This document shows positions 35,803-46,916 of a stretch of 64,000 nucleotides of DNA, piece after piece. Each line of letters opens with the position of its first letter. Within the stretch, counting starts at the first letter, position 1. The notes beneath the pieces were generated by a model, which saw nothing but the letters and a program-made list of their open reading frames with translations, searched no databases and was not told where the DNA came from. This DNA comes from Anaeramoeba ignava BMAN (taxonomy: Eukaryota; Protista; Anaeramoebae), in NCBI GenBank assembly GCA_028826165.1, contig JAPDFW010000081.1:1151206-1215205 (forward strand), read 5' to 3'. Both the position numbers and the translations under genes were made by a program.

Positions 35803-38800
35803 TTAAATATTAGTTCTTAAAATTTCAGTTACTGGTTTTTTAAGTAAACTTCTTGCAGGGAAAAACGCAGCCAAAAAAGCAAATACAAACGAACAAGCCA
35901 AAATGACAAGTAAAATGGTATAAGGAAAAGAAAAAGGAACGGAAAAGCCCATAAAAAGAGCATTTTGAAGATACATAGTGTAAGCAACAATTAGACCAAT
36001 TATGAACCCAATAATTGAGGATGAGAAAATAAGAACAAAAGCTTCGGCAATGAATACAAAAATGATAGTTCTTTTGGAGAAACCGATTGCACGAAGAATT
36101 CCAGTTTCGATTGTTTGCTCGAAAATATTGATTCTCATTGAGGAAACAAGAGCAAAAAAGCAAATGATATTTGACATGATAATTGAGAATATAAAAAAAG
36201 CATTCATGATTTTTTTGGCAATTGCAAAAGGCTTAACAGAATCACGGAAATCCCAAACAGTCAAAGAATCATCATATGTGATTTTTGTTCCGTTTTGGAA
36301 ATCAATGGTTTCTATTTGTGATATCAAGTTTGGATAAATCATTTTTGATTTGATCTTTTTCAGATCCAGAAATTCCACTTTCAAATTCCAAAAGGAATCT
36401 TTGCATTGGGATTTCTTCAATAGAGTGAATGGATTGCTGAGAGAGTTGGAGATAAGTATAGAAGGAAACAAATATTGTTTGAAGAGAAACGCTAGGAAGC
36501 TTTGACATTGTTGCTATTGGACAAGAGGATAGGAAAGAAATAGGTCTTAATGTAGTAATATTCAAATAATCTTTTCCGTTTGAAGATCCAGTTGTGTAAA
36601 GTACATAAATATCATTAACCGTGAGATCGAGTTTGTTTTTGTAAAGTGTGCCAATGAGTGCAGAAGATGACCCACGTATTGTGTAAAGTTGATCAATAAC
36701 ATTCATTGTATCTGACATTTCTTTGATATCTGTATCGATATCTAAAAATTGGTCTTTTGTGATATCTAAAAGGTTTGGTGATACAGCCATTATTTGGACT
36801 GAATATGAGAAGAGTTCAACACGTGATGGTATACTTAAATTTGCGTAATTGAGATTTCCTATTGCTAAAGCTAAGTCTTGAGAAACCCAACTAAAACTTT
36901 TGATTTTTGAATTATTTGAAGCGTAATCCTCGAACTGAATTTTAATTTTAATTTTATATTTTAAATTTATAAATAAATTTTAATTTGAATTTTAATTTGA
37001 ATTTGAATTTTAATTTGAATTTATAAATAAATTTATATTTTGAATTTTAATTTGAATTTATATTTATAAATGAATTTACAGCACTAATGTTCCTAATACG
37101 TTGAATACCATGCGATGATGATCCATATCCAGACAATATTTGCATCTCACATCCATTCTGTTGCTTGATAGAATACTCAACAGAGGTCAGTTGCAAATTA
37201 AACTGAATAGCAATAAAAATAATAAACCCCAAAGAAAGAGCATACATGATAGTAGTCTTTCTATTACGAACACGATGAGCAATCAAATTCTTGAGCACCA
37301 TTGTTCGGACATAAGTCTTGTTAAAAATTAAGAAAATATAAGCAATAGCCTTTTCGATAGGATACTCAATATTCAAGGAAAGAATAACAAGTCCAAAAAG
37401 CAAAGCGGCAATGATCCAAAAAAACATATTAAGAAGAAGAGCCAAATTGAAAGAAAGTAAAGCAAGAGGAAACAAGTAATAAATCAAAAATCCATACACA
37501 GATAACGAGATGCCAATAACAAGAGCAGCAGCAGGAATTTTGGAAGAAACAGCTCTTTCAAACTTGTATTTAACTCCTTGAGTTTTGGATTGGCGAACAT
37601 TAAGTGAATCCACTAGATTTTTTTCTAACGCCAATTTGATCGGGTAAATTGATGAGAAAATTGGAATCAAAATTCCCAAAGCAGTAGAAATAAGGATCGC
37701 AGTAGGAGAAAGTTTATTGCCGATTTTGGAACCAATAAGATTGCCGAAGAACTTGGCAATTCCAAGGTAGAAAATTTGTCCAAAAGCAAGGCCAGTAGCC
37801 CAAGCAGGAAGAGCATAAAATAGAGCTTGGAAAATCACGAGTTTGATCAATCCAGACTTGGTAATCCCAACAGTGCGCATCACAGCCATCTCAAATGTTC
37901 TTGTCTCAACAGAAACCAAGAGTAAGGAATAGATCAGGATCATTGAGAGAGCAATAAGGATTGCAATGATGATTGTGAGAATTAGCCCGAGAAAAAGCTG
38001 GAAAAATCTGTATCCGCGAAGAGAACTTAAAAGAGGTTCGCTTGCGTCAAGATTCTGGAACCCAATACGGTAAAGAATCTTGCTGACAAAACCAACAAAG
38101 TTTGTTTTGATCTTGTCAAAGTTACTGCTGTCATACATTGAAGATCGCGGCGGTTGATGATTAAAATAGACATAATCTGCAAAGAACGACAAATCAATAT
38201 TTCGAAACGCCTCGACAAAAGATGCGTTTGCATATGGATAGAGATGATCTGCTGCGGTTTTCATGAAGTAATCAAACTCAGAATAGATCACGCCACTTGC
38301 GGAATTTTCTGTCTTTCCATCGCCATCAGGCACAATCTCATTGACATAAAGAGGGATGTTTAAAAAAGTCCAGTCGTAATCCATCATGATGGTTGTCTCA
38401 TTCGAAGACTGGTTCACCAATCCAGCATTTATCATTGCTTGTTGTATCTGCGGAATAAATTCGTCTCCCAATTTGATCCGCAAAATCACTTGGTCACCTT
38501 TGTTGACTTTCATTTTGGAAGCTTCAGAACTGGTAAAATAACAGCAGCCAGGACATATTGTTTCGTAGTCCCAATTACGCCCAAATTCCATGCGCTTTTC
38601 CAGTTGAGTATTGATCAAATAAAGATTTCCGTCATGTTTTTGTGACGGATCAAGTGCGCAATATTTTTGCAAACAATTTCCGTTTCCAGTTGAATTTTGA
38701 AAGCACGAATCATTGGATCCAAAACCAAGATAAGTCCAGTTATAATTCTCTGGCGGCGGGTTTGGCAAGTTGCATTGAGAAACTGGATATACTTCTACTG

Positions 38801-39116
38801 AACTCACCATTCGAGGTGAACTGTAATCAAGTGCGTTATTTTCGTAGTTTTGAGTGTAATTCACCATTTTTGTGTAATTTAATGTTTTCCCGCTAGTTCC
38901 ATTGCTCGGTTTAATCTCAAGCTCATATTCTCCATGTTCAACTTCAGATAAACGAAGAAATATTACGGGCGAATTTGTTAAAAGTGTTATTGTCATTGCT
39001 GATATTGATACTACTAAAAATGCACTTAAACATCCTAAACAATTTATTTTGTTTTTTCGAATGTGTTTCCAGGTGTGTTTTGTGTAAAATTTTAAATGTT
39101 CTTTTGTTGATTTCAT
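35803..39116 (-). CDS. FtsX/MacB-like (ABC-3) permease, two permease halves; exons 39116-37080 and 36934-35803
   Basis: Two FtsX signatures (VETRTFEMAVMRTVG; EQTIETGILRAIG) with TM clusters and LIAHRVRNRKT. GT-AG intron 37079-36935. One-base frameshift near 36330. Confidence 0.85.
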
Positions 39117-39249
39117 TTTAAAAAAAAAATTGAAAATGAAAAAAAAATGAAAAAATTTTTTTGATTAAATTTTTATTTAAAAAGATTTGTTTTTCCTTTT
39201 TATTTTATTTTAAATTTCATTTTAAATAGAAATTATTGTTAATTATTAA

Positions 39250-40515
39250 TTTAAAATTATTATGAAAATTTAAATAAAATTAATAAAATATTTTATTTAA
39301 TTTATTTCAAAATTTAAATAAAGAATATTAAATTATTAAATTAAAAATTAATTATTAAAATTATATTTTATCAACTTTTCTTTATTTAAAATAGTATAAA
39401 ATTATTATGAAAATTTAAATAAAATGAACAAAATATTTTATTTAATTTATTTCAAAATTTAAATAAAGAATATTAAATAATTAAATTAAAAATTAATTAT
39501 TAAATTATATTTTATCAACTTTTCTTTTATTTAAAATAGTATAAAATTATTATGAAAATTTAAATAAAATGAATAAAATATTTAATTTAATTTATTTCAA
39601 AATTTAAAACATTAAATTATTTTTAATAATGAAATTAAAAATTAATTATTAAATTATATTTTATCAACTTTTCTTTTATTTAAAATAGTATAAAATTATT
39701 ATGAAAATTTAAATAAAATGAATAAAATATTTTATTTAATTTATTTCAAAAATTTAAATAAAGAATATTAAATAATGAAATTAAATATTAAATATTAAAT
39801 TATATTTTATCAATTTTTCTTTATTTAAAAATAATATAAAATTATTACGAAAATTTAAATAAAATGAATAAAATATTTTATTTAATTTATTTCAAAATTT
39901 AAATAAAGAATATTAAATTATTAAATTAAAAATTAAATAATAAATTATATTTTATCAATTTTTCTTTATTTAAAATAGTATAAAATTATTACGAAAATTT
40001 AAATAAAATTAATAAAATATTTTATTTAATTTATTTCAAAAATTTAAATAAAGAATATTAAATTATTAAATTAAAAATTAATTATTAAATTATATTTTAT
40101 CAACTTTTCTTTATTTAAAATAGTATAAAAATTATTACGAAAATTTAAAATAAAATGAATAAAATATTTTATTTAATTTATTTCAAAATTTAAATGAATA
40201 TTAAATTATTAAATTAAAAATTAATTATTAAATTATATTTTATCAATTTTTCTTTATTTAAAATAGTATAAAATTATTATGAAAATTTAAATAAAATGAA
40301 TAAAATATTTTATTTAATTTATTTCAAAATTTAAATAAAATAAAATTAAATTAAAATTAATTATTAAATTATATTTTATCAACTTTTCTTTATTTAAAAT
40401 AGTATAAAATTATTATGAAAATTTAAATAAAATGAATAAAATATTTTATTTAATTTATTTCAAAATTTAAATAAAGAATATTAAATAATTAAATTAAAAA
40501 TTAATTATTAAATTA
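39250..40515. repeat. Intergenic tandem satellite, about 9 copies of a ~145-bp AT-rich unit
   Basis: Marker TCAA(C/T)TTTT recurs at 39371, 39515, 39664, 39810, 39955, 40100, 40243 and 40379. Confidence 0.92.
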
Positions 40516-40605
40516 TAATTTTAAATTAATTTCCAAATTAAATATTAAATTAAATCTATTTCCATTTTTTTCATTTTTTTCATTAATTTTTGAAAAATTG
40601 AAAAA

Positions 40606-41694
40606 ATGTTTTTTAATAATAAAGGTTGGCAAAAAATTAAACAAGAAGAAAATGAAACAATAATTGAATTAGAAGAACCAGAAGAAAGAATAAAATCAGC
40701 AGGAATATTAACAAAAAAAGACCAATTAATAATATATGGAGGATTAAGTCTTGGATCTATTTATGAAGATTTATGGGTTATGGATCTTCGACAAGGAAAA
40801 TGGGAAAAAAAAGAAGCAAAAGGTGAAAAACCTGAGTATTTATTTGGACATTCATGCACACAATATGGAAATAAAATGATATTATTTGGAGGAATGAATA
40901 GAGATTGTTCAAATCAAATATTTGAACTTGATTTAGAGAATTTTGAATGGAAAAAATTGGAAAATTGTCCTTATGAAGGAAGACATAGTCACACAGCTTG
41001 TCTTGAAGAAGAAACATCAGAAATTTGGTTTTTTGGAGGATATTTAGGAGGAGCAAAAAGAACTAATGAAATGATAAGTTATAATATTAAGAGAAACCAA
41101 TGGGAAAAGTATAAAATGTATGGAGATATACCTTCAGTTAGAAGTTCTTGTTCTGCAATTATTTGGAAGGATTTGATTGTTGTTTTTGGAGGATTTGAAC
41201 AGGCTAATGGATATTATAATAATTTGTATTTTTTCGAGACAAAAACTTTAACTTGGACTGAAATTATTAAACCAAATGCTCCTTCTCCAAGAGATCGTTG
41301 TTCTTGTTGGATTGATTATTCTCAAAATAAAATGATGGTTTTTGGAGGAATGGTTGATGATAAGCATTTTTGTGATTTGCATTCGTTTGATTTGGATTTT
41401 CTTATTTGGGATGATCTTACTCCAAATAATCAAATCAAGGAATTATCTAGAAATGATCTTAAAAAAAGTGAATATCAAAATTTTGTTAAAAATCGAGAAT
41501 ATAAATGGCCTCCTCCAAGTGGTGGACATGTTGTTTGTTCTTCTTTGGAAACTCATTATATTGTTTTATTTTCTGGTTCAAAACAAACCATAAATCGAAA
41601 ATATATCAATTCAATTTATGTTTTTCAATCTTTACCTGATATAACTCAAGATTTACTTAAATTTTCACAAGAAACAATTTTAAGAGATATTTAA
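40606..41694 (+). CDS. Kelch-repeat beta-propeller protein
   Basis: Repeated (Y/F)GG...(Y/W)...W kelch motifs: IIYGG, ILFGG, WFFGG, VVFGG, MVFGG. Confidence 0.9.
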   Translation: MFFNNKGWQKIKQEENETIIELEEPEERIKSAGILTKKDQLIIYGGLSLGSIYEDLWVMDLRQGKWEKKEAKGEKPEYLFGHSCTQYGNKMILFGGMNRDCSNQIFELDLENFEWKKLENCPYEGRHSHTACLEEETSEIWFFGGYLGGAKRTNEMISYNIKRNQWEKYKMYGDIPSVRSSCSAIIWKDLIVVFGGFEQANGYYNNLYFFETKTLTWTEIIKPNAPSPRDRCSCWIDYSQNKMMVFGGMVDDKHFCDLHSFDLDFLIWDDLTPNNQIKELSRNDLKKSEYQNFVKNREYKWPPPSGGHVVCSSLETHYIVLFSGSKQTINRKYINSIYVFQSLPDITQDLLKFSQETILRDI

Positions 41695-41749
41695 AACAAA
41701 ACAAAACAAAACGAAACAAAACGAAACGAAACAAGAAAAGAAGGAAACT

Positions 41750-42200
41750 TGAATTTGAATTTGAATTTAATTTTGAATTTGATTTTGAATTTGATTTTGA
41801 ATTTAATTTTGAATTTAATTTGATTTTGATTTTGAATTTAAATTTGAATTTAAATTTGATTTTGATTTTGATTTTGAATTTGAATTTAATTTTGAATTTT
41901 GATTTTGAATTTTGATTTTAAATTTGATTTTGATTTTGAATTTTGAATTTGATTTTGAATTTTGAATTTGATTTTGAATTTTGAATTTGATTTTGAATTT
42001 GAATTTGAATTTGAATTAGATTTTGATTTTGATTTTGATTTTTGATTTTGAATTTGATTTTGAATTTTAATTTAATTTTGAATTTGAATTTGATTTTTAA
42101 TTTAATTTTGAATTTGATTTTAATTTTGAATTAGATTTTGAATTTGAATTAGATTTTGATTTTGAATTTGATTTTGAATTTTAATTTAATTTTGAATTTG
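41750..42200. repeat. Degenerate (TTTGAA/TTTGAT)n array between convergent genes, preceded by (AAAAC/GAAAC)n
   Basis: Directly visible. Confidence 0.9.
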
Positions 42201-42218
42201 ATTTCTTTCGGTTTTGAA

Positions 42219-42940
42219 TCATTTCTTCTTTTTTTCTTCTTCTTCATTATCATCAAAATGTTCAGGATTTTCGATTGAAGCCCATTCTTTAAGTTTTTCA
42301 ATAAATTGATTTCTATTTTTACTAATAAACTTGGTAATTCCTTCTTTATCACTTGGAGATTCAATTTTAAGAAGAGAATTTCTAAAATGCTTTAACATAA
42401 ATCGAGCCAATCTAAGATTAGTATTTTCATATTGATTTTTTGTAGTATAATTTAAGCTTAAATAAGTGCAAAGTGAACATAATAAAGCACCACGATATCC
42501 TCCAAGTAATAATCCTATTGCTCCTGCTCCAAATGTGAAAAGGGTTTTGTTTGGTTCTTCATTTTGATGTATTTTATTAACTGTTTCTTCATTTATTTCT
42601 TCACAAATTTTAATAATTATTTGAGCAATTAATAATTCTGCTTTTTTTCTCTATTTTTATTTTGAATTGAATTTATTTTGAATTGAATTTATTTTTAATT
42701 TGCAAATAATCTTCTTCTTTCTAATTTTTATAATTTTACTTCTTCTATAAGTTCTAATTCTTTGAAAAAATTTTCTAGATCTTCTTTTTCACCTGATTTT
42801 AAAGCTGCTAAAATTTCAATAGTTTTTCCTTTTTCAATTACTTGAAATATTTTTTTAGCTGTTTTAGCATCAAATACTTCTTCAATCTTTTCTTTATCTT
42901 TACTTTGAATTGATTCAATAAGTTTTTCTTTCTTTTCCAT
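42219..42940 (-). CDS. Hypothetical protein with a Gly-rich hydrophobic segment; exons 42940-42740 and 42650-42219
   Basis: Phase-0 GT-AG intron joins ELIEE|RKKAELLIAQ; FGAGAIGLLLGGYRGALLCSLC; TCATTTT motif upstream. The 3' end is uncertain because of an A run. Confidence 0.65.
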
Positions 42941-43017
42941 TCTTTTTAAAATAAATGAAAAAAATGAAAAAATCCAAAATTAAAATTCATTTTTTCATTT
43001 TTTTTCCTTTTTCAAAA

Positions 43018-44841
43018 ATGAATGATTGTTTATTTTTTGGTTTAAATCAATTACCAAAACTTATCAAAAATAAACCAGATAAAATAATAAAACCAATTCA
43101 ATTTAAATTTGAAAATGAAAATGAAAATGAAAATGAAAATGAAAATGAAAATGAAAAACAAATTAAACAAATTGCAACAGGAAATTTTTCAACAATTTTC
43201 CTTTTTGAAAATGGAAAAGCAATAGAATATTTAAATGAAAATGATTCAAATCAAAATCCTCAAAAAATCCAAATTGAAAATATTCAAAAAGTAACTGTTG
43301 GTTGCTATAATGAAGCTATTTTAACAAAAGAAGGAAATGTATTTGCAAAAGGAAAAAATATTAATTCAAAAAATCCAAATGAATTTATCAATATTTCATC
43401 ATTAATTGAAGATACAAATGATAGAATAATTGAAGATGCTGTTTCTGGAGTTGGTTCAGTTTACTTATTAACTTCAAATCAAAATGTTTATGGAATTGGT
43501 TCAAATGTTTGGGGTCAACTTGGTTTTGATTCTAAAACACTTCCAAAAACAGAAAAACTAATTTTAATGATGAAAAATATTTCTAAAATATTTTCAGGAA
43601 ATGCTTCAGCTCATGTTTTTCTTTTAAATTCAAATCAAGAATTATTTGTATGTGGATATAATCAATGGAATCAACTTGGATTAGGAGAATCAAGAAAAAA
43701 AGAAACAAAAATCCAAAAATTAACCCAAATCCAAAATATTCCAAAAGGTAAAATAATTGATATTCAATGTGGATGGGCAAATTCAATAATGTTGATTGAA
43801 GATGAAAACCAAAATCAAAATCAAAATAAAAATAAAAATAAAAATAAAAATCCAAAAAGAAAACTTTATTCATGTGGGAATTGGTTAACTAATGGACTTT
43901 ACAAAAATGAATTTACTTATGAATTTACTGAAATCAAAACATCTTTATTTGAAAATGATGATAATATTATTGATTTTTCTATTGGAAATCGGCATACTTT
44001 GATTTTAACATCCAAAGGGAAATTAATTGGATTTGGGAGAAGTGAATGCGGTGAATTAGGATTTGAATATGCAATATCTCAACCAATTCCAAATCAAATT
44101 AAACTTCCTAAATTAAGATTTAATGAAAATATTTCTAATTATCATATTTCTTGTGGATATCAAAGATCATTTCTTTATTATTCTTCTCCTCCTTTTTCCA
44201 ATCTTGAAGAAGATTTGATAAAATTATTTAGAAGAAAAGAATTTTGTGATATTTCATTTAAAACCGAAAATGGAGAAATAATCAAAGCTCATAAATTAAT
44301 ATTGAAATATAGATTAAATCAAAATCAAATTGAAAAACTTCAAGAAATTATTTCAAAAAAATCAATTAAAGAATCAAATCAAATATTTGAAATGATTTAT
44401 TCAAACAGAATTATAAATCCAAAATTATATTCTGAAATTAAAGAAATTATAAATTCAAATGAAAAAATTGAAGAAACAATGAAAAGAATTTATTTAAATG
44501 AAAATGAAAATGAAAATGAAAAAGATTTTATTATTGAAAGAAAAGAAAAACAATATAAATTTCCTAAATTAATATTAATAATGAGAAGTGAATTATATCG
44601 AGGAATGTTTTTATCTGTAACTGAAGATAAATCTAATAAAGTTACAGATTATAGTGAATTAAGTAATAAACCATTTCAAATATTAGAATATTGGATTTAT
44701 TCAAATCAAATTAAAGAAGAAATTCAAATTACACAAGAAATAATTGATGAAATAGAAACAGGAATTGATTATTTTCAATTAAATCAAACAAATCCAAATT
44801 TATTTGATTTATTAATTAACAAATTTAATAATCAAAATTAA
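43018..44841 (+). CDS. RCC1-BTB family paralogue (intronless)
   Basis: Start MNDCLFFG at 43018 by comparison with paralogues; RCC1 and BTB motifs as in 6476-8347. Confidence 0.9.
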   Translation: MNDCLFFGLNQLPKLIKNKPDKIIKPIQFKFENENENENENENENEKQIKQIATGNFSTIFLFENGKAIEYLNENDSNQNPQKIQIENIQKVTVGCYNEAILTKEGNVFAKGKNINSKNPNEFINISSLIEDTNDRIIEDAVSGVGSVYLLTSNQNVYGIGSNVWGQLGFDSKTLPKTEKLILMMKNISKIFSGNASAHVFLLNSNQELFVCGYNQWNQLGLGESRKKETKIQKLTQIQNIPKGKIIDIQCGWANSIMLIEDENQNQNQNKNKNKNKNPKRKLYSCGNWLTNGLYKNEFTYEFTEIKTSLFENDDNIIDFSIGNRHTLILTSKGKLIGFGRSECGELGFEYAISQPIPNQIKLPKLRFNENISNYHISCGYQRSFLYYSSPPFSNLEEDLIKLFRRKEFCDISFKTENGEIIKAHKLILKYRLNQNQIEKLQEIISKKSIKESNQIFEMIYSNRIINPKLYSEIKEIINSNEKIEETMKRIYLNENENENEKDFIIERKEKQYKFPKLILIMRSELYRGMFLSVTEDKSNKVTDYSELSNKPFQILEYWIYSNQIKEEIQITQEIIDEIETGIDYFQLNQTNPNLFDLLINKFNNQN

Positions 44842-44916
44842 AATCAAAATTAAAAATTAAAATTAAAAATTAAAATTAAAATCAAAATTATTTTTTTCAT
44901 TTTTTTCTTTTTAAAA

Positions 44917-46680
44917 ATGAATGATTGTTTATTTTTTGGTTACAATACAAATCCAATTTTTATCAAAAATAAACCAAATAAAATAATAAAACCAATTCAA
45001 TTTAAATTTGAAAATGAAAATGAAAATGAAAATGAAATTAAACAAATTTCATCAAGTTATTTTTCAACAATTTTCCTTTTTAAAAATGGAAAAGCAATAG
45101 AATATTTAAATGAAAATGATTCAAATCAAAATCCTGAAAAAATCCAAATTGAAGAAAATATTCAAAAAGTAACTGTTGGTGAACAAAATGAAGCTATTTT
45201 AACAATAGAAGGAAATGTATTTGCCAAAGGATATAATATTAATCCAAATAATCCAAATGAATTTATCAATATTTCATCATTAATTGAAGATCCAAATGAT
45301 AGAATAATTCAAGATATTGTTTCTGGATTTAGTTCAGTTTACTTATTAACTTCAAATCAAAATGCTTATGGAATTGGTTCAAATTCTTTTGGTCAACTTG
45401 GTTTTGATTATGAAACACTTGAAAAAACAGAAAAACCAATTTTAATGATGAAAAATGTTTCTAAAATATTTTCAGGAACTGGTTCATTTCATGTTTTTCT
45501 TTTAAATTCAAATCAAGAATTATTTGGATGCGGATATAATGAATATGATCAAATTGGATTAGGAGAATCAATAGAAGAAACAAATATCCATAAATTAACC
45601 CAATTTCAAAATATTCCAAAAGGTAAAATAATTGATATTCAATGCGGAGAATATTATTCAATAATATTGATTGAAAATGAAAATGAAAATCCAAAAAGAA
45701 AACTTTATTCATGTGGAAATTCTGGATTAAATGGACTTGATACAGATACTTATGAATTTACTGAAATCAAATCATCTTTATTTGAAAATGATGATAATAT
45801 TCGTGATTTTTCTGTTGCAAATTCTCATACTTTGATTTTAACATCCAATAATAAATTAATAGGATTTGGATATAATGATTATGGTCAATTAGGAACTGGA
45901 GATACAAATAATCAATTAATTCCAATTCAAATTGAACTTCCTAAATTAAGATTTAATGAAAATATTTCTAATTATCATATTTCTTGTGGATTTCACAATT
46001 CATTTCTTTATTATTCTTCTCCTTCTTTTTCCAATCTTGAAGAAGATTTGATAAAATTATTTAGAAGAAAAGAATTTTGTAATATTTCATTTAAAACCGA
46101 AAATGGAGAAATAATCAAAGCTCATAAATTAATATTGAAATATAGATTAAATCAAAATGAAAATCAAATTGAAAAACTTCAAGAAATTATTTCAAATAAA
46201 TCAATTAAAGAATCAAATCAAATATTTGAAATGATTTATTCAAATAAAATAATAAATCCAAAATTATATTCTGAAATTAAAGAAATTATAAATTCAAATG
46301 AAAAAATTGAAGAAACAATTAAAAGAATTTATTTAAATGAAAATGAAAATGAAAATGAAAAAGATTTTATTATTGAAAGAAAAGAAAAACAATATAAATT
46401 TCCAAAATTAATATTAATAATGAGAAGTGAATTATATCGAGGAATGTTTTTATCTGTAACAGAAGATAAATCTAATAAAGTTACAGATTATAGTGAATTA
46501 AGTAATAAATCATTTCAAATATTTGAATATTGGATTTATTCAAATCAAATTAAAGATGAAATTCAAATTACACAAGAAATTATTAATGAAATTCAAATTG
46601 GAATTGATTATTTTCAATTAAATCAAACAAATCCAAATTTATTTGATTTATTAATTAAAAAATTTATTAATCAAAATTAA
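44917..46680 (+). CDS. RCC1-BTB family paralogue (intronless, tandem)
   Basis: Full ORF, 75 bp downstream of the previous copy; near-identical BTB half. Confidence 0.9.
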   Translation: MNDCLFFGYNTNPIFIKNKPNKIIKPIQFKFENENENENEIKQISSSYFSTIFLFKNGKAIEYLNENDSNQNPEKIQIEENIQKVTVGEQNEAILTIEGNVFAKGYNINPNNPNEFINISSLIEDPNDRIIQDIVSGFSSVYLLTSNQNAYGIGSNSFGQLGFDYETLEKTEKPILMMKNVSKIFSGTGSFHVFLLNSNQELFGCGYNEYDQIGLGESIEETNIHKLTQFQNIPKGKIIDIQCGEYYSIILIENENENPKRKLYSCGNSGLNGLDTDTYEFTEIKSSLFENDDNIRDFSVANSHTLILTSNNKLIGFGYNDYGQLGTGDTNNQLIPIQIELPKLRFNENISNYHISCGFHNSFLYYSSPSFSNLEEDLIKLFRRKEFCNISFKTENGEIIKAHKLILKYRLNQNENQIEKLQEIISNKSIKESNQIFEMIYSNKIINPKLYSEIKEIINSNEKIEETIKRIYLNENENENEKDFIIERKEKQYKFPKLILIMRSELYRGMFLSVTEDKSNKVTDYSELSNKSFQIFEYWIYSNQIKDEIQITQEIINEIQIGIDYFQLNQTNPNLFDLLIKKFINQN

Positions 46681-46916
46681 AATTAAAAATTAAAATTAAA
46701 AATCCAAAAAAATCATTTTTTTCTTTCTTTCAATTTCTTTCATTCTCTCTTTTCTTTTTATTCCTTTTCAAAAAAAAAATATAAAACAAACAAAAGTAAC
46801 AAAGAAAAAAATTTTAAAAACAAAACAAAACAAAATAAAAAAATTTTTTTTCATTTTCGAATTTTTTTCTTTCAAAAAAATTAAAATAAAAAAAGCAAAA
46901 AAAAAAAAAACAAACA

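Noticed and set aside
39250-40515. Possible CRISPR array
   Set aside because: Whole units repeat with no unique spacers, there are no cas genes, and the context is eukaryotic.
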